This document shows, piece after piece, positions 47,191 through 55,681 of a stretch of 64,000 nucleotides of DNA. The first letter of the stretch is position 1. Each line of letters opens with the position of its first letter. Origin of the DNA: Myxococcota bacterium (GTDB lineage Bacteria > Myxococcota_A > UBA9160 > UBA6930); contig OZ245015.1 of the NCBI GenBank assembly GCA_965223705.1, positions 3,264,001 through 3,328,000 on the forward strand, read 5' to 3'. The notes below the pieces were generated by a model that was not told the DNA's origin, made no database searches, and saw only the letters and a program-made list of their open reading frames with translations. A program made the position numbers and the translations under genes.

Positions 47191-47991
47191 CTACGCGTCG
47201 ATCAACCAGTCGCGAAGCAGCGCGTTCGTGTGCTCGACTTCCTCCTCCATGAACCAGTGAGAGCCGCGCGGGAGGCAGACGCTCCGTCCGCCGGACTTTT
47301 CCACGATTTCGAGCCAACGGTCGGTGTGAAACATCAGCGGTTTCTTGCCGCCGTACAGGTACAGCACCCGACACGTCGGCGTGTACGCGCCCAACAGGCG
47401 AGAGCGCATCTTCGGCAGCAAGGTCGAACGCCAAAAATAGAAATACGGGTAGTTGCACCGCGACCGAACGCTGTCGGCTTGACGGGCAGGGACGTTCAGT
47501 AGACGAGCGAGGAGCCGGGTCAACCCGGTGCCGACCGCTGGGATCGCGCCACCGATCAGCCAGAAGCTCGCCAACGCCCACTGGTAGCTGACGAACAGGG
47601 CAGCATCCCGGAAAGTCGACGGTTCAAAGTGACCCCCGACGTCCATCGCCACCATCGTTCGAACGCGCTCGGGATACTTCTGCTCGTAGAGGTAGCCGAT
47701 GTATGCCCCCCAATCGTGGGTCACGAGTGTGATCGGCTCTGTCGTCACCGTCGCGAGGGTGGCGTGAAGTCGCGCAATCAGGTCCGGAAAGTCGCAACCG
47801 CCGGATTCGATCGGGGCGCCCCCGAAGTTTGGAAAGGTCGGAACGATACAACGGTACCGATCCCGCAGCGCCGCTACCTGGTTTCTCCACAACGAAGCGT
47901 CATCCGGCCACCCATGCAGGAAGACCAGAACGGGCGCGTCCTCAGGCCCTTCCGTGCAGTAAGTGAGATCGCCGCTCTCGTTGATACTCAT
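47191..47991 (-). CDS. alpha/beta hydrolase, epoxide hydrolase/dehalogenase-like
   Basis: FLHGWPD and Asp nucleophile in THDWGA; C-terminal SHWFMEE. Confidence 0.82.
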   Translation of the reverse strand: MSINESGDLTYCTEGPEDAPVLVFLHGWPDDASLWRNQVAALRDRYRCIVPTFPNFGGAPIESGGCDFPDLIARLHATLATVTTEPITLVTHDWGAYIGYLYEQKYPERVRTMVAMDVGGHFEPSTFRDAALFVSYQWALASFWLIGGAIPAVGTGLTRLLARLLNVPARQADSVRSRCNYPYFYFWRSTLLPKMRSRLLGAYTPTCRVLYLYGGKKPLMFHTDRWLEIVEKSGGRSVCLPRGSHWFMEEEVEHTNALLRDWLIDA

Positions 47992-48089
47992 CGCAAGCTC
48001 CTGCTGAGAAGTTACAGAAGTGAAGCCCACGACGCGGAACTTCGCACACCGAGCTATGACATACTGCGGGCAGACGCCACGGAGGAAGC

Positions 48090-48458
48090 ATGCCCTCGAT
48101 CGAACCGACCGCCGAACAACTGCGCGCTTTTGCCGAGTCTCCGGACATCGGCCCTATCGTGATGGTGAACCTGCTCCGATACGACGGGGAGCACGGCCGC
48201 GTGCGCTACGGCGAATACGCCACGGCGGTGACGCCGCTGATTCGCGAGACCGGAGGGCGGATCGTCTACCGCGGCGATGCGGGCCCCGACGTGATCGGCG
48301 AAGACGGGTGGGATGAAGTCATCCTCGTCGAATACCCCGATCGAAAACGGTTCCTCGGCATGCTGCAGAGCGAGGCTTACCAGTCGATCGCTCACCTTCG
48401 AAGCGAGGGACTCAAGGACTCACGCCTCTTTCAGACGTTGCCGACGCTCTCGTCCTAG
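48090..48458 (+). CDS. DUF1330 family protein
   Basis: GPIVMVNLLRY, GGRIVYRG, WDEVILVEYP, YQ.IAHLR..GL. Confidence 0.85.
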   Translation: MPSIEPTAEQLRAFAESPDIGPIVMVNLLRYDGEHGRVRYGEYATAVTPLIRETGGRIVYRGDAGPDVIGEDGWDEVILVEYPDRKRFLGMLQSEAYQSIAHLRSEGLKDSRLFQTLPTLSS

Positions 48459-49483
48459 GGGCGATCGAAGTCGCCCCAGGTGGCGCGCCAGAGAGATCTT
48501 GCGACCTCTCCCACACGGATATTCCTTCTGCGGCCATACCGGACGATCGGGCCTGCGCGGCGACCCTCGGCGTCGTATACCGCGCGGATGCCCCAGATCC
48601 CTTCGCTCGGCCGGTTGTTGGGCCAGCCATAGCGAAGATCGTCGACTTCGACTGTCGCGTAGGGGCCATCCAGCCGGACTCGCCACGTGATCTCCTCCAT
48701 GGCGAACCAGACGAACGTGCGCCCCTCCCAAGTCGCGAGGAGGTCGTCGACGCGCGCGTCCGCAGGAGGGTTCGCGAAGGCGCTTGACGAAGGCTCGCCG
48801 CGACGCCACATGGTGTAGAGACCAACGCGCGTTTCGTCCGGTGTCCGAGCGACGAACCGCCGGAGCCACGGTTGCAGAAGTGTCGGATAGACCCGGATCT
48901 CGAGCGGCGCGGCGTCAGTCGCGAGCGTCTCGCGCAGATCGTTTCCAGCGACGTGATTGAGGAGAACCCCGTATCCCAGATAAGCGGTCGAAACCCCGAG
49001 CGCTAGTGCGGCGGCCAGTCGCCTCTTGCGAACAGACCACCACCCCCCCGCAACGCCCAGGACGAGACACGCGGTGTAGATCGGATCGATGATTCCGATG
49101 CCATTCCACGCGAAGCGTTCGCGGGAAAACGGCGCGAAGAGCTGCGTGCCGTAGGGCGTAAACGCGTCGAGAAGCGGATGGGTAAAGAGCGCGAGGACAG
49201 CGAGTCCAATCCACGCGAGGCGATGTTCCGGCGCACCGTCCCGCCAGCGCCAAAGCAGCCATCCGATTGCAGAACCGACAACGGGACCGAACCAGAGACT
49301 GTGGGTACTTCCCCGGTGATAGACCATTTCGCCGAAGCCGCCGTGCAGCGACGCGGCCAGGATGTCGAGATCGGGGAGAAGCCCGATAAGCGCGCCCCAG
49401 CCGACGGCGCGGTATCCCAAGCGATGCGCGAAGCCGACCTGCCCCACGGCGGCGCCCAACAAAGCCTGGGTAACGGGTTCCAC
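48455..49483 (-). CDS. membrane-bound metal-dependent hydrolase (YdjM/DUF457-like)
   Basis: EPVTQALLGA, LPDLD, HRGSTHS, HPLLDAFTPYG, IIDP. Confidence 0.87.
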   Translation of the reverse strand: MEPVTQALLGAAVGQVGFAHRLGYRAVGWGALIGLLPDLDILAASLHGGFGEMVYHRGSTHSLWFGPVVGSAIGWLLWRWRDGAPEHRLAWIGLAVLALFTHPLLDAFTPYGTQLFAPFSRERFAWNGIGIIDPIYTACLVLGVAGGWWSVRKRRLAAALALGVSTAYLGYGVLLNHVAGNDLRETLATDAAPLEIRVYPTLLQPWLRRFVARTPDETRVGLYTMWRRGEPSSSAFANPPADARVDDLLATWEGRTFVWFAMEEITWRVRLDGPYATVEVDDLRYGWPNNRPSEGIWGIRAVYDAEGRRAGPIVRYGRRRNIRVGEVARSLWRATWGDFDRP

Positions 49484-49560
49484 GACCGCGGAAACTACTT
49501 GATCAGCTGGACACTCGCATTGCGCAGCCGGGTGGCAAGCTTCTACCGACGGCGTAAGGT

Positions 49561-50931
49561 TTGCCGACGGTGTCTGGAAGTGATCGTCCGAACGTGTTCT
49601 GGTTTCGCAGAGACTTGCGTCTCGCGGATCACCCGGCCCTCGCGGCCGCAGCGGCCCTCGGCCCCGTTCTTCCCGTGTTCGTCGTCGATGACGCGCTATG
49701 GAAACCGGCCGGAGCGAATCGCCGCTCCTTCCTCGTCGATTCCCTCGCGTCCTTGCGTGACGCGAGCCAGGGCGCGCTCGAGGTGCTCGCGGGGAACCCG
49801 GAGGACGTCCTTCCCGACCGCGCTCAGGCGATCGGTGCCCCGTTCGTCTTCGCGACGGAAGACTTCGGGCCCTACGGCCGCAGCCGCGACGAGCGCGTGG
49901 CGAAAGCGTTAGACGATCGAGGCATTGAGCTTCACCTCCTCGACTCGCCGTATGCGGTACGCCCGGGCTCGATTCGCAGTGGAAGTGGGACCTCGTACAA
50001 GGTCTTCACGCCCTTCTTCCGCGCCTGGAAAGCCCACGGCTGGGAAGCCCCGATCGAGGCTCCGTCGATTTCGTGGCACCGCACCGGGTCGGCGCGATGG
50101 GAGCTTCCGGACGCGCGCGCCGATTCCGCCTCACTTCCCGACGCGGGCGAAGAGGCCGCGGCAGAGGCGGCGAGCCGGTTTCTCGCCGAAAGCGTCGAGC
50201 GTTACGACGAGACTCGAGACCAACCCGGCCGGGATGCCACATCGCGCCTGTCGCCCTATCTCAAATGGGGTGCACTGCACCCGCGCCAACTGCTCCACGA
50301 GCTCGGCGATTCTCCCGGAGAGGAGACTTTCCGCAGTGAACTCTGTTGGCGGGAATTCTATGCCGAAGTGCTTTACGCGCGACCCGATTCGGCCCGGAAG
50401 GCCTACGTCGCGAAGATGAGTCGAATGGAGACCGACACAGGCCCCGAGGCGGACGAAAAGTTCGATGCGTGGTGTGCCGGTCAGACCGGCTACCCGATTG
50501 TCGACGCCGGCATGCGGCAGCTCGCTGCCGAAGGGTGGATGCACAATCGCGTGCGGATGATCGCGGCGAGCTTCCTCTTGAAGGATCTCCACATCGACTG
50601 GACCCGAGGAGCTCGGCACTTTATGAACCTCCTCGTCGATGGAGACCTCGCATCGAATCAGCACGGGTGGCAGTGGGTCGCCGGGACGGGCACCGACGCC
50701 GCGCCCTACTTTCGCGTCTTCAATCCCGTATCTCAAAGCAAGAAGTTCGATCCGGAAGGCGAGTATTTGCGACGCTTCATACCGGAGATCGCACATCTCT
50801 CGGACCGATCGATCCACGCGCCGTGGACCGAAAAAGCAGGAGCGCCGGCGGGCTACCCCGCACCGATTGTCGACCATGCAGCAGAGCGACGCGAGGCTCT
50901 CGCCCGGTACGACCGGCTCAAGTCCGGTTGA
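49561..50931 (+). CDS. phrB: deoxyribodipyrimidine photolyase (class I CPD)
   Basis: WFRRDLRLADH, TSRLSPYL, WREFY, TGYPIVDAGMRQL..EGWMHNRVRM, DAAPYFRVFNP. Confidence 0.92.
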   Translation: MPTVSGSDRPNVFWFRRDLRLADHPALAAAAALGPVLPVFVVDDALWKPAGANRRSFLVDSLASLRDASQGALEVLAGNPEDVLPDRAQAIGAPFVFATEDFGPYGRSRDERVAKALDDRGIELHLLDSPYAVRPGSIRSGSGTSYKVFTPFFRAWKAHGWEAPIEAPSISWHRTGSARWELPDARADSASLPDAGEEAAAEAASRFLAESVERYDETRDQPGRDATSRLSPYLKWGALHPRQLLHELGDSPGEETFRSELCWREFYAEVLYARPDSARKAYVAKMSRMETDTGPEADEKFDAWCAGQTGYPIVDAGMRQLAAEGWMHNRVRMIAASFLLKDLHIDWTRGARHFMNLLVDGDLASNQHGWQWVAGTGTDAAPYFRVFNPVSQSKKFDPEGEYLRRFIPEIAHLSDRSIHAPWTEKAGAPAGYPAPIVDHAAERREALARYDRLKSG

Positions 50932-50945
50932 TTCGTAGAATCCGC

Positions 50946-51467
50946 ATGAGTTCCCGCTTCGCTTCCGCCACCGACTTCGACGCGATCCTGTCCACGATCA
51001 ACGATGCGGCCATCTCGTATCGCGGCGTCATTCCGGACGACTGTTGGCACGATCCGTACATGCCGGAAGACGAGCTGCGTCGCGAAATCGATTCCGGTGT
51101 GGTGTTCCGCGTCTTCGATCACGGGAACGGCATCGCCGGCGTCATGGGACTCCAAGACGTCGACGACGTCGTGCTCATTCGCCATGCCTACGTGAGGAGT
51201 CGCGCGCAGAGCGGCGGGATTGGCGCTGCTCTCCTAGCGGAATGGCGGCTTTCTACCGAAAAACCCATGCTGATCGGAACCTGGGCGGCGGCGCACCGCG
51301 CGGTAAAGTTCTACCGGCGTCACGGGTTCGAGCTCGTCGATCGGGATGAGAAAGACCGGCTGCTGCGCCGTTACTGGACGGTGCCAGAGCGCCAGATCGA
51401 CACGTCGGTCGTGCTGGCCGACGAGCGCTGGCGAGAACTCTCGAACCATCGTCGAAAGCTACGATGA
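50946..51467 (+). CDS. GNAT N-acetyltransferase
   Basis: LIRHAYV...QSGGIG..LL, LIGTWA, FYRRHGF; start re-picked at 50946. Confidence 0.85.
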   Translation: MSSRFASATDFDAILSTINDAAISYRGVIPDDCWHDPYMPEDELRREIDSGVVFRVFDHGNGIAGVMGLQDVDDVVLIRHAYVRSRAQSGGIGAALLAEWRLSTEKPMLIGTWAAAHRAVKFYRRHGFELVDRDEKDRLLRRYWTVPERQIDTSVVLADERWRELSNHRRKLR

Positions 51468-51555
51468 GCCGATCCATACGGACGTTTGCATAGGTATCGA
51501 GAGGGCCGGGATGCCTCGCGTCGAAAGCGGGATTACGCGATCGCGCAGGGGGTCC

Positions 51556-52431
51556 CTAGACCACGACGGTGCTCATCTGCCGCAGGAAGCGCCTGGCCTT
51601 GGGGTCGAAGCGATCCCGCGCGTGAAGCACTCCGAAGGAATCGAACAACACCATGTCGCCCGCACGCCACCGATGCGAGTAGATAAATTCGGCCCGTTCT
51701 TGGTGCTCGAACAGGGTATGGAGGAGCTCGTCGCTCTCGGCCTCCGCTAGCCCTTCGATGCGCGACGTCATGCCCCGACTCACGTAGAGCACGTCTCGAC
51801 CGGATTCGGGATGGCGGCGCACCATGGGATGCACTTGAGTCCAGTTGCCCCGTTGGCGACGCCCTTCGCGGCGGTGGCGCTCACGCTTCTTGTGGAGTTC
51901 CGCGCCGAGAAACTCCTGATCCTCCTGGGGGACGCTGCCGTCGATGTCATGAAATGCTTTGAGCTCGCGAACGCGTGCAGCCAACGCCGCCGGCAGACTC
52001 TCGAGAGCCGCGTAGGAATCACAGAAATGCGTGTCGCACGGAGCTTCGGGAATCACGAGCGCCTGGAGAAAGGTCTCCTTCGCAGTTTGCTCGAGATAGG
52101 AGTAGTCGTGGTGCCAACTGAGAGCGACCGAACTCGCGGTGCCGACCGGCTCGCCCCGCTCGTTCTGCTCGTTGGTAATCGGAATGATTTCTGGATGCGT
52201 TGAAACATCGCCGAAGATCTCCGCGCCCGGCGCGAGCCGCCCGAATGCTCGGCCGAAGCGCACGAACTCCTCCGCGCTCGGCGTTGCCTGCCCCCGGAAA
52301 ACCAGCACCAGATGTCGACGCAGTGCCCGCATCAGCAATTGCTTGGCGTCGGCGTCGAGAAATTCACCCGGTTCGAAGCCCTCGACACAGGCCCCTAGAG
52401 CTTCAGAAAGGGGATGGACTTCGAGGTTCAT
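51556..52431 (-). CDS. TauD/TfdA-family 2OG-Fe(II) dioxygenase
   Basis: WHHDYSY (HxD), T.FCD.YAA, HPMVRRHPESGR, W..GD.V.FD....LH.R; GGAGGG RBS. Confidence 0.9.
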   Translation of the reverse strand: MNLEVHPLSEALGACVEGFEPGEFLDADAKQLLMRALRRHLVLVFRGQATPSAEEFVRFGRAFGRLAPGAEIFGDVSTHPEIIPITNEQNERGEPVGTASSVALSWHHDYSYLEQTAKETFLQALVIPEAPCDTHFCDSYAALESLPAALAARVRELKAFHDIDGSVPQEDQEFLGAELHKKRERHRREGRRQRGNWTQVHPMVRRHPESGRDVLYVSRGMTSRIEGLAEAESDELLHTLFEHQERAEFIYSHRWRAGDMVLFDSFGVLHARDRFDPKARRFLRQMSTVVV

Positions 52432-52449
52432 CGCCGATCCCTCCACACG

Positions 52450-52917
52450 CTAAGACTTCTTGATGAAACTCACGAGCCCGCAGACGTCACCGGCGTCAGT
52501 GCGCGCGAGAGGCCCATCGGAGTAACTCGCATTGATGATGGTTCCGTCGCCCCTCATCACAAACTCGGTGGGTTGTACGATCTGGCGTCGCTCTTCCCAC
52601 CACGACCCGAGTTTCTCCCCGATCTCGCGACTGACACCCTGAGCGACCGGAAAAGACACCTCCCCGGCGACGTCTTCCGCGTGGTCACCCGTGTCGACAC
52701 TCCCAGCAAAGACGCTGATACCGAGCGCTTCGAGCTCGTCCTTCTTTTGTTCGAATGCGACCAACTGCCGCCGACAAAACGGTCACCAGTGGCCGCGATA
52801 CAAGAGCAGAACAGCGAAATCGGACTGGATGTCGTCCGGAAGCGTCAGCGAGCCACCGCCGACCAGGCCGAGTTCGATCTGCGGGAGCTTCTCACCCGCG
52901 CGTAGTTTCTCGCCCAT
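52450..52917 (-). CDS. AhpC/TSA peroxiredoxin-like protein with in-frame TGA (codon 45) in a UxxC motif; probable selenoprotein
   Basis: Manual translation MGEKLRAGEKLPQIEL...LLLYRGHW*PFCRRQLVAF... continues in frame into the 52450..52764 ORF; TGA at 52785-52783; GGAGGG RBS upstream of ATG 52917. Confidence 0.85.
52745..52779 (-). promoter_or_regulatory. putative bacterial SECIS hairpin
   Basis: mRNA after the UGA folds as UUUUG-UCG-GCGGC[AGUUG]GUCGC-AUU-CGA-A-CAAAA; the upper stem starts at +12. Confidence 0.6.
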
Positions 52918-52931
52918 TCTCGATTCCCTCC

Positions 52932-55076
52932 CTAGCGGTAGTGGAGGATACGGTAAGCGTCGAGCTCCATCCGCTTGCCGGGGGGCACGACGACGGTCGT
53001 CATCGGATCGCGGATGATGGCCGGGCCCTCGACGGTATTCCCCGCTGCCAGCTCTTGCATCTCGTAAACGCGGAACGGTGTAAAGGCGCCGCGGTGATAG
53101 ACCTCTCGGGTCCCGACGTAAGCCGAGTCTTTCGGCGTCGCGCCCTCGAGCGGAAGCTCGCGTAGGATCGGCTGCGGCTTCGGAGCGATGGCTTCGAGAT
53201 GAATCGCGGTGAGCGAATAGCCGGCGTCCGGAAAGCGCGCGCCTTCGGGGTAGAGCTTGCGATACATCGTCTCGAACGCTGCAATCATCCGGTCGATGTC
53301 AGCTCGACTCTTCATCTCGCCAAAATCGAGCCGCGTCTCAAAGCTCTCCAACTGCCCGATATAGCGCGCCGAGACGCCGTAGCGGAACGTGACCTTCGAG
53401 GTATCCACCTCCTCTCGTGCCATCTCCTCCCGCGCTTCATCCTCGAGCTCACGCCAAGTCCCATCGATTTCCCGAGCCGCCGCGGCACTCGCTTCGTCGC
53501 TCATCCCGTTTGGCAACAACATGCGAGAACCGCGGTCGTAGCGATGCATGTACTCGGCGCACGCCGCGCCGAAGGCGGAGAAACCCGCCGCCCAGGGCAA
53601 CGTGATGACATCGGCGAAGTCGATGCCCTCGGCGAACCCCCACATGTGCACCGGGCCGGCGCCCCCGTAGTAGAGCATCGTAAACTCTCGTGTGTCGTAG
53701 CCCTTCGATGCGACCATGGTCCGCAGCAGGTCTCCCATCTCGGCGTTCACGATGTCGAGGACACCGGCACCGGCTTGGTACACGTCGAGATCGAGAGGTT
53801 TGGCGACGCATTCTTCGAGAGCGGCGAGCGCGCGCTCCCGGTCGAGCTTCACGTGGCCGCCGAGAAAATAATCGGGATCGACATACCCGAGCGCGACGTT
53901 GATATCGGTGACAGTCAGTCGGTCGAACTCGTAGCAAATGCCGACCTTGGCTCCGGCACTGTCGGGGCCGACATGCAGGCGCTTGTATTCGTCCACGGAA
54001 ACCACGGAACCCGCCCCGCTTCCGACGGAGTCGATCTCCACCATCGGCAGCGCCAGACGGTGTCCCGCGATGTCCGCGCTTTTCGTAATGCCCATTCTTC
54101 GATCGATGAGCAGACCCACATCGAAACTCGTTCCACCCATGTCGGCGGTTACGAGATTGTCGAGCTCGAGCTTCTCGGCGATGAACTGAGCGCCGATCAG
54201 ACCGCCGATGGGTCCGGAAATCATTGTCTCGTAGAGACGCGGGTATTCCATATTGACCGCGCCACCGTACGATAACAGCGTCAACAGTCGCCCGGCGTAG
54301 CCGCGCCCCTTCGCCTCGGTTTCGACACTGAGAAGCGACTCGCGTACCTGTTCTGCAGCGAAACACTGAAACAGAAGACTCTTGAGTCGGTTGTTCTCTT
54401 TGGCGACCGGAGCCACGTCCGCGGAACAAACAACGGGAAGCGATCGGCCGCTCTCGGCCAGAACTTCTTCAACGATCTCTTTCGCGCGGTGTTCGTGTTC
54501 GGGGTTGACAAAGGAATAGACGAAGAGGATTCCGATCACCTCGACCCCGCGTTCGATGAGAGTCCTCGCCCCCTCGCGAACGTGCTCTTCGTTGAGCGGG
54601 ATGAGCGCGTGGCCCGCCGGGAGATGGATGTTTCCCTGATAACAACCCCCGCCGATGCGCTCGGAAACCCCGACGACATCGCCCGGGTCGACGAGCGGCA
54701 CGGTGTGGCGATGCAGCTGCTGATGAAGCGCTTCCGCTTGGCTCTGACCCAAGTAGGTCAAGCCTCCCTCCATCACCGTGATGTCCTCGAAGCCGCGGGT
54801 CACTAGAAGACCGACGCGTCGCCCCTGCCCCGTGAGCACGGTGTTGAGCATCCCCGTACCGCAGTAGATGTCCGCACCGCAGGCGGCATGAACCGCTTCG
54901 GAACTCATTCCGATCGATTGCGCCGCATCAGCTACGGAATCCCGGTAACTGCGGGGCTCGTCATCTTTCCGCGTAATCGACTTGCCGACCGTAAAACTGC
55001 CGTCCGGCAGTACGAGAATGGCGTCGGTCATGGTACCGCCCGCGTCCAGGGCGAGGATGTACTTCCGGTCGGGCAT
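52932..55076 (-). CDS. acxA: acetone carboxylase beta subunit-like (hydantoinase A/oxoprolinase family, ATP-binding)
   Basis: DAGGTMTD, SGPIGG, DMGGTSFD, GSGAGS, GPDSAG, YYGGAGPVH, EGPAII; start re-picked at MPDRKY. Confidence 0.85.
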   Translation of the reverse strand: MPDRKYILALDAGGTMTDAILVLPDGSFTVGKSITRKDDEPRSYRDSVADAAQSIGMSSEAVHAACGADIYCGTGMLNTVLTGQGRRVGLLVTRGFEDITVMEGGLTYLGQSQAEALHQQLHRHTVPLVDPGDVVGVSERIGGGCYQGNIHLPAGHALIPLNEEHVREGARTLIERGVEVIGILFVYSFVNPEHEHRAKEIVEEVLAESGRSLPVVCSADVAPVAKENNRLKSLLFQCFAAEQVRESLLSVETEAKGRGYAGRLLTLLSYGGAVNMEYPRLYETMISGPIGGLIGAQFIAEKLELDNLVTADMGGTSFDVGLLIDRRMGITKSADIAGHRLALPMVEIDSVGSGAGSVVSVDEYKRLHVGPDSAGAKVGICYEFDRLTVTDINVALGYVDPDYFLGGHVKLDRERALAALEECVAKPLDLDVYQAGAGVLDIVNAEMGDLLRTMVASKGYDTREFTMLYYGGAGPVHMWGFAEGIDFADVITLPWAAGFSAFGAACAEYMHRYDRGSRMLLPNGMSDEASAAAAREIDGTWRELEDEAREEMAREEVDTSKVTFRYGVSARYIGQLESFETRLDFGEMKSRADIDRMIAAFETMYRKLYPEGARFPDAGYSLTAIHLEAIAPKPQPILRELPLEGATPKDSAYVGTREVYHRGAFTPFRVYEMQELAAGNTVEGPAIIRDPMTTVVVPPGKRMELDAYRILHYR

Positions 55077-55111
55077 AGAGGGGGCGCCTCGGCTTGATTG
55101 TGGGAAGGGGC

Positions 55112-55681
55112 TTACCGGCGCTCGGCCCAAGCGCGGGTCTGTTCCGCGCTCGCGTCCCGGTACCAATCCGGGGATTCATCGGGGAGCGGCTCGCCCAAAT
55201 ATTCGCGATAGAAAAGGTCGAGGTCGGGCAACATCTCGAACACCACCGGATAACCGGGCGCCACCACCTCTACCGCGAGTTGTGTAACACAGTCGGGGCA
55301 GAAGAATTCGCGGATCTCTTGCCAGCCCGCTTCGGGCACCGCGGGCGCGGGGTCGTAGACCGCGCTCATCTCTTCCGTCGTTCGGCGCGTCCGGACGCGA
55401 CACCCGAGCTTCCAGTTCTTGCGATAGTCGCCGAAGGAGTGACCGCACTCGCACTTCGTGACGCGCTGGCCCGCGTCGTCTCGCACGATGTAGAGCTTGT
55501 CGGCGAGTCGCAGGAGGATCGTGTCCTCCCAGGAGACGCGCTCTTGCAGTACCTCGAGGTACTTCCAAAAGCGGTCGCGATCCTTACGCTCCATCTTGAG
55601 GAGTCGGTTGGCGTCCTGCGGGTCGATGGTGCCGTCGACCAGCTGCTTCACCAGGCCCTTGTCGACTTCTTGATCGGCCAC
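55112..55681 (-). CDS. acxC: acetone carboxylase gamma subunit
   Basis: KDRDRF..YLEVLQERV.W, Zn ligands CECGH and FCPDC, NWKL, PD...FYREYLG. Confidence 0.88.
   Translation of the reverse strand: MADQEVDKGLVKQLVDGTIDPQDANRLLKMERKDRDRFWKYLEVLQERVSWEDTILLRLADKLYIVRDDAGQRVTKCECGHSFGDYRKNWKLGCRVRTRRTTEEMSAVYDPAPAVPEAGWQEIREFFCPDCVTQLAVEVVAPGYPVVFEMLPDLDLFYREYLGEPLPDESPDWYRDASAEQTRAWAERR

Noticed and set aside
52450..52764. 104-aa ORF as listed in the track, or a Prx pseudogene
   Set aside because: The upstream in-frame segment has an RBS and ATG, and the only stop falls on the catalytic Cys position with a SECIS-like hairpin behind it, which favours Sec recoding
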